Shown here one piece after another: positions 24,841 through 28,339 of a DNA stretch of 28,339 nt. A program made the translations under genes and the position numbers. This DNA comes from Candidatus Zixiibacteriota bacterium. GTDB taxonomy: Bacteria > Zixibacteria > MSB-5A5 > SM1-73. Every line of letters starts with the position of its first letter. Positions within the stretch are counted from its first letter, which is position 1. The stretch lies in NCBI GenBank assembly GCA_043810415.1, contig JBDROD010000209.1:1-28339 (forward strand), written 5' to 3'. Under the pieces are notes generated by a model. The model saw nothing but the letters and a program-made list of their open reading frames with translations, did not search any database and was not told the DNA's origin.

Positions 24841-26536
24841 ATGTCACGTGAATTGGGAGACATGCTGGTCAAGGCAGGCAAGATATCGGAAGAACAGCTT
24901 GGTCGGGCTTTGGACCTGCAGAAGAGAAGCGATGAAAAGTTGGGAAACATTCTGATCAGGATGGGGATCATCGCCAATGAAGACGAGCTGTCCGAGTTCA
25001 TCGGGCGTCAGCTGAACATCGGAGCCTTGAGGCTTACCGACATTGAGTTGAATCCGGAGGTGGTGAAGATGATCCCGATGGACATCGCCCGGAAGTTCAA
25101 CGTCATCGCCATAGGTAAGCTGGGCAAAACCCTGATCGTAGCCATTTCCGATCCCAACAACATCTACGTGCTGGATGCGGTGAAGTTCATTACCGGATGC
25201 GCGGTACAACCGGTGATCAGTCCGGAGAAGGCCATCCAGAAAGCCATAGATAACTATTATCGTGACGCTGCCGGGATCACCGAGATACTCAAGGGGATGA
25301 AGGAAGGGGATCTGGAGGTGATTGGTGAAAGTGAGGAGGCGCTTACTGAACAAGATTTAAGGTCTCAGGTTCAGGACAAACCCTTGGTCAAGCTGGTAGA
25401 TTCCATCATTGCCGATGCCATACGCCGAGGATGCTCGGATATTCACATAGAAACCTACGAGAAAAAGATCCGGGTCAGATACAGGTTGGATGGGGATCTG
25501 CAGGAGATGTCGCCCCTGCCTTTCAAGTATCGTGCCGCCATCGTTTCCCGGGTGAAGATCATGGCGGATCTGGACATCTCGGAGAGAAGGCTGCCCCAGG
25601 ACGGCAGAATAAAGGTCAAATTCGGAGACCGGGCTGTGGATCTGCGGGTTTCGGTGCTTCCCACTATTTTTGGGGAGAAGGTGGTAATGCGGATATTGGA
25701 TCCCAGGAGCGTCAATGTGGATCTGACGAAACTGGGATTTGCGGAGGCCTCTTTGGCTGAATTCGATAAAGCCATCCATCTGCCTTACGGCATGATCCTG
25801 GTAACCGGTCCCACCGGAAGCGGAAAAACCACCACCTTATATTCTGCCTTAAAGCAGATCAATACGACGGATATCAATATCATGACCGCAGAGGATCCGG
25901 TGGAGTTCAATTTTGAAGGGATAAATCAGGTGGCGGTGAAAAGCGAGATCGGTTTGACCTTCGCCTCGGCCTTGAGATCGTTCTTAAGGCAGGACCCGGA
26001 CGTGGTCATGGTGGGGGGAGATAAGAGACGGTGAGACCGCGGAGATCGCAGTGAGAGCGGCCTTAACCGGACACCTGGTCTTTTCCACCCTGCATACCAA
26101 CGATGCCCCCAGCACCATAGACCGATTGATCGATATGGGCATCCCCAGCTATCTGGTGGCTTCCTGCGTCAGACTGGTTATGGCCCAGAGGATGGTGCGC
26201 AAGGTCTGTACCAATTGCCGGGAGGAGATAAAACTCCCCTCCGAGACTTTACAGATACTGGGGCTGACAGAAGACGAGGTCAAAGACACCAAGATATACG
26301 CCGCCAAAGGATGTAACGAATGTAATAGTACAGGTTATTCAGGAAGGACCGGTATTTTCGAGGTAATGCCCATGAGTCAAGCTATTGAAAGGATGATCTT
26401 AGCTAAAGCCTCCAATATGGACATACGACAGCAAGCCATCGCAGAGGGGATGCTTACCCTGCGGACCGCCGCACTGGGAAAATTGAAAAATGGAGTCACC
26501 ACGGTTGCAGAAGTTATGGCGGTAACGGCATTATAA
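24841..26536 (+). pseudogene. pilB: Type IV pilus assembly ATPase PilB, interrupted by a +1 frameshift (extra G in run 26013-26018)
   Basis: ORF 24841-26034 has the MshEN N-terminus, ERRLPQDGR and Walker A GPTGSGKT. Removing one G restores [23 protein letters not shown] into ORF 26051-26536 (STLHTN, CxxC/CxxC, GRTGIFEV), giving 564 aa. Confidence 0.9.
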
Positions 26537-26580
26537 ACGCAAGATGATAGATCAATTTAAATAAATCTGTCTGGACCGAT

Positions 26581-26607
26581 TTAAGTATCAATCGGCGTAG
26601 TCGATAA
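26581..26607 (+). promoter_or_regulatory. Sigma28-type promoter upstream of pilT
   Basis: TTAAGTAT-N11-GTCGATAA, 56 nt before the pilT ATG. Confidence 0.72.
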
Positions 26608-26663
26608 TATAAGAAGAAACACGTTTTCTTATGATTTAAATATAGAATAAACTGGAGCAAAAG

Positions 26664-27758
26664 ATGGTTACCTTGAGAGAACTTTTGGAGTTAATGGTGA
26701 AGAAGAATGCTTCCGATTTGCATCTGACTACCGGATCACCACCCCAATTGAGGGTGGACGGGAAATTAATCAAGACCGAATGCGATATACTGAACCCAGA
26801 GGATACCAAGAAGCTGGCTTACAGCATAATGAACGAAAAGCAAAAACAGAAGTTTGAGGAGAAAAGTGAGCTGGATTTGTCCTTCGGCATTGAACATCTC
26901 AGCCGCTTCAGATGCAATGTTTTTATGCAGAGGGGAAATGTGGCGGTAGCTTTAAGGCAGATTCCTTTCCACATCCCCAGCTTCGAAGAGTTGGGGGTCC
27001 CTAAAGTTGTAGCGGATCAGGCCAATTTACCCAGGGGTTTGGTGCTGGTAACTGGACCCACTGGTAGTGGAAAATCTACCACCTTAGCAGCATTGATCAA
27101 CAAGATCAATCAGGAAAGGCACTGTCATATTCTGACGGTCGAGGATCCCATCGAATATCTTCACCGGCACAATTCCTCCTTGATCAACCAGCGGGAGGTA
27201 TATGCCGACACCTCCTCTTTCGGCAGTGCTTTGAAATATGCCTTAAGAGAGGATCCGGACGTGGTGATGATAGGAGAGATGAGAGACTTAGAGACCATGG
27301 AATCCACCTTGAATATCTCCGAGACCGGGCATCTGGCTTTTGCCACACTGCACACCAACTCCTGTGCCGAATCGATCAACCGGATAATCGACGTTTTCCC
27401 CAACAACCAGCAGGAACAGGTACGGGTGACCGTTTCCTTCGTCCTTCAGGCGGTGATCAGTCAACAACTGATTCCCAAGATAGGTGGGGGACGGGTTTTG
27501 GCTTTGGAGGTCATGATCTGCACCCCGGCAATAAGGGCTCTTATCCGGGACGATAAAATACACCAAATCTACAGCTTGATGCAGGCCGGACAGAAATACG
27601 GGATGAGGACCATGAATCAATCTTTGGCAGAACTTTATCTTAAACATAAAATCACTTTGGGCGATACTCTGGGCAGAAGCTCCAATATTCAGGAACTTAA
27701 TGAGCTTTTGGCCAGGAAAGCGGAGATAGGACAACGGAGTCATGCAATGAAGGTATAG
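26664..27758 (+). CDS. pilT: Type IV pilus retraction ATPase PilT
   Basis: ASDLHL, GPTGSGKSTTLA, TVEDPIEY, ALREDPDVVMIGEMRD, ETGHL..ATLHTNS, AIRALIR (AIRNLIRE-like motif), GM.TMNQSL. Confidence 0.97.
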   Translation: MVTLRELLELMVKKNASDLHLTTGSPPQLRVDGKLIKTECDILNPEDTKKLAYSIMNEKQKQKFEEKSELDLSFGIEHLSRFRCNVFMQRGNVAVALRQIPFHIPSFEELGVPKVVADQANLPRGLVLVTGPTGSGKSTTLAALINKINQERHCHILTVEDPIEYLHRHNSSLINQREVYADTSSFGSALKYALREDPDVVMIGEMRDLETMESTLNISETGHLAFATLHTNSCAESINRIIDVFPNNQQEQVRVTVSFVLQAVISQQLIPKIGGGRVLALEVMICTPAIRALIRDDKIHQIYSLMQAGQKYGMRTMNQSLAELYLKHKITLGDTLGRSSNIQELNELLARKAEIGQRSHAMKV

Positions 27759-27895
27759 GGATTAGTCTGAGTAAACCGGAAGTATCAGGTTAAACACGAT
27801 GATTCTTTACCGGTGATATGAATTTCATTAACCGTCTTTGATCCGGTTCTACCAGGTTCGGAGTTGTTGTTTTCAGTAAAAGGAAGGAGGTTGCC

Positions 27896-28339
27896 TTGCC
27901 AGTTTTCACATACAAGGGAAAAACGCTGACCGGTACTCAGGTAGCAGGGGAGTTAAAAGTAAAAGATCGTGCGGAACTGGAAAGGATCTTGAGGAGCAAA
28001 AAGATATTGGTTTCCCAGGTGGCCACCAAGCCCTCTCAGATAAGCCTAAGAATTGGCACCGGAATCAAGAAAGTGCACATCTCCCGCTTCACCCGGCAAT
28101 TTGCCACCATGATCACCGCAGGGCTGCCCATGGTTCAGTGTCTGGAGATATTAGCCCAGCAGATGGAATCAGCCAACTTGAGAAAGATAGTCGGGGAGAT
28201 CAAAGAGAGCGTGCAAGCAGGAACCACCTTAGCTGAAGCTTTGTCTAAGCACAAGAAGGTGTTTGACGACCTGTTCGTAAACATGGTGGATGCAGGTGAA
28301 ATAGGGGGAGCTTTGGACGTCATATTGTTGAGGCTAGCC
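27896..28339 (+). CDS. pilC: Type IV pilus inner-membrane platform protein PilC (5' partial, runs off the window)
   Basis: TTG after AGGAGG gives MPVFTYKGK...FTRQFATMITAGLPMVQCLEIL...GTTLAEALSKH.KVF..LFVNMV.AGE.GG.L. Not in the ORF track because there is no stop in the window. Confidence 0.95.
   Translation, partial: MPVFTYKGKTLTGTQVAGELKVKDRAELERILRSKKILVSQVATKPSQISLRIGTGIKKVHISRFTRQFATMITAGLPMVQCLEILAQQMESANLRKIVGEIKESVQAGTTLAEALSKHKKVFDDLFVNMVDAGEIGGALDVILLRLA

Noticed and set aside
27759-27895. c-di-GMP riboswitch before pilC
   Set aside because: No GEMM-type GCAAA/GNRA tetraloop-receptor pattern found.
126-28323. Numerous minus-strand and alternate-frame ORFs in the track (e.g. 1829-2614, 2860-3324, 14328-14969, 14896-15531, 24844-25353)
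   Set aside because: They overlap well-supported + strand genes, show no recognisable motifs and read as antisense shadows.
1-28339. CRISPR array, prophage, integrase or IS element
   Set aside because: No regularly spaced repeat-spacer units and no transposase, integrase or phage ORFs. The tRNA duplication has no cargo between its copies.

Overview
Bacterial chromosomal window (about 48% GC) with essentially all real genes on the + strand. The gene style suggests an uncultured non-proteobacterial lineage such as Zixibacteria/FCB-type, but this is a low-confidence inference. It has three parts. (1) 1-6.0 kb is a regulatory cassette: GAF histidine kinase, single-domain receiver, a helical hypothetical, csrA, a 59-aa sORF, fliW, a radical SAM/SPASM enzyme and flgM. 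These are flagellar regulators with no flagellar structural genes in the window. (2) 6.3-18.1 kb is a housekeeping block: a truncated tRNA copy plus tRNA-Val(GAC), thrS-infC(ATA start)-rpmI-rplT-pheS-pheT-zapB-zapA, a long hairpin at the usual 6S RNA position, then rny-ymdB-folD. (3) 18.4-28.3 kb is a motility/polarity block: a RelA-zinc-finger/DUF2250 fusion, a DUF4388-MshEN protein, three extra roadblock proteins, MglA with a long tail ending in a MinD-like amphipathic helix, MglB, pilB (broken by one extra G in Walker B), pilT and partial pilC. The top signal is a recurring sigma28/FliA-type promoter, T(A/T)AAG-like -35 plus about 15 nt plus GTCGATAA. It sits upstream of flgM, the roadblock-Mgl operon and pilT, and in weaker form upstream of csrA and the DUF4388 gene. 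This suggests a flagellar-type sigma28/FlgM and CsrA/FliW circuit wired to a type IV pilus/Mgl polarity system. All family assignments come from motif recognition, not database searches.
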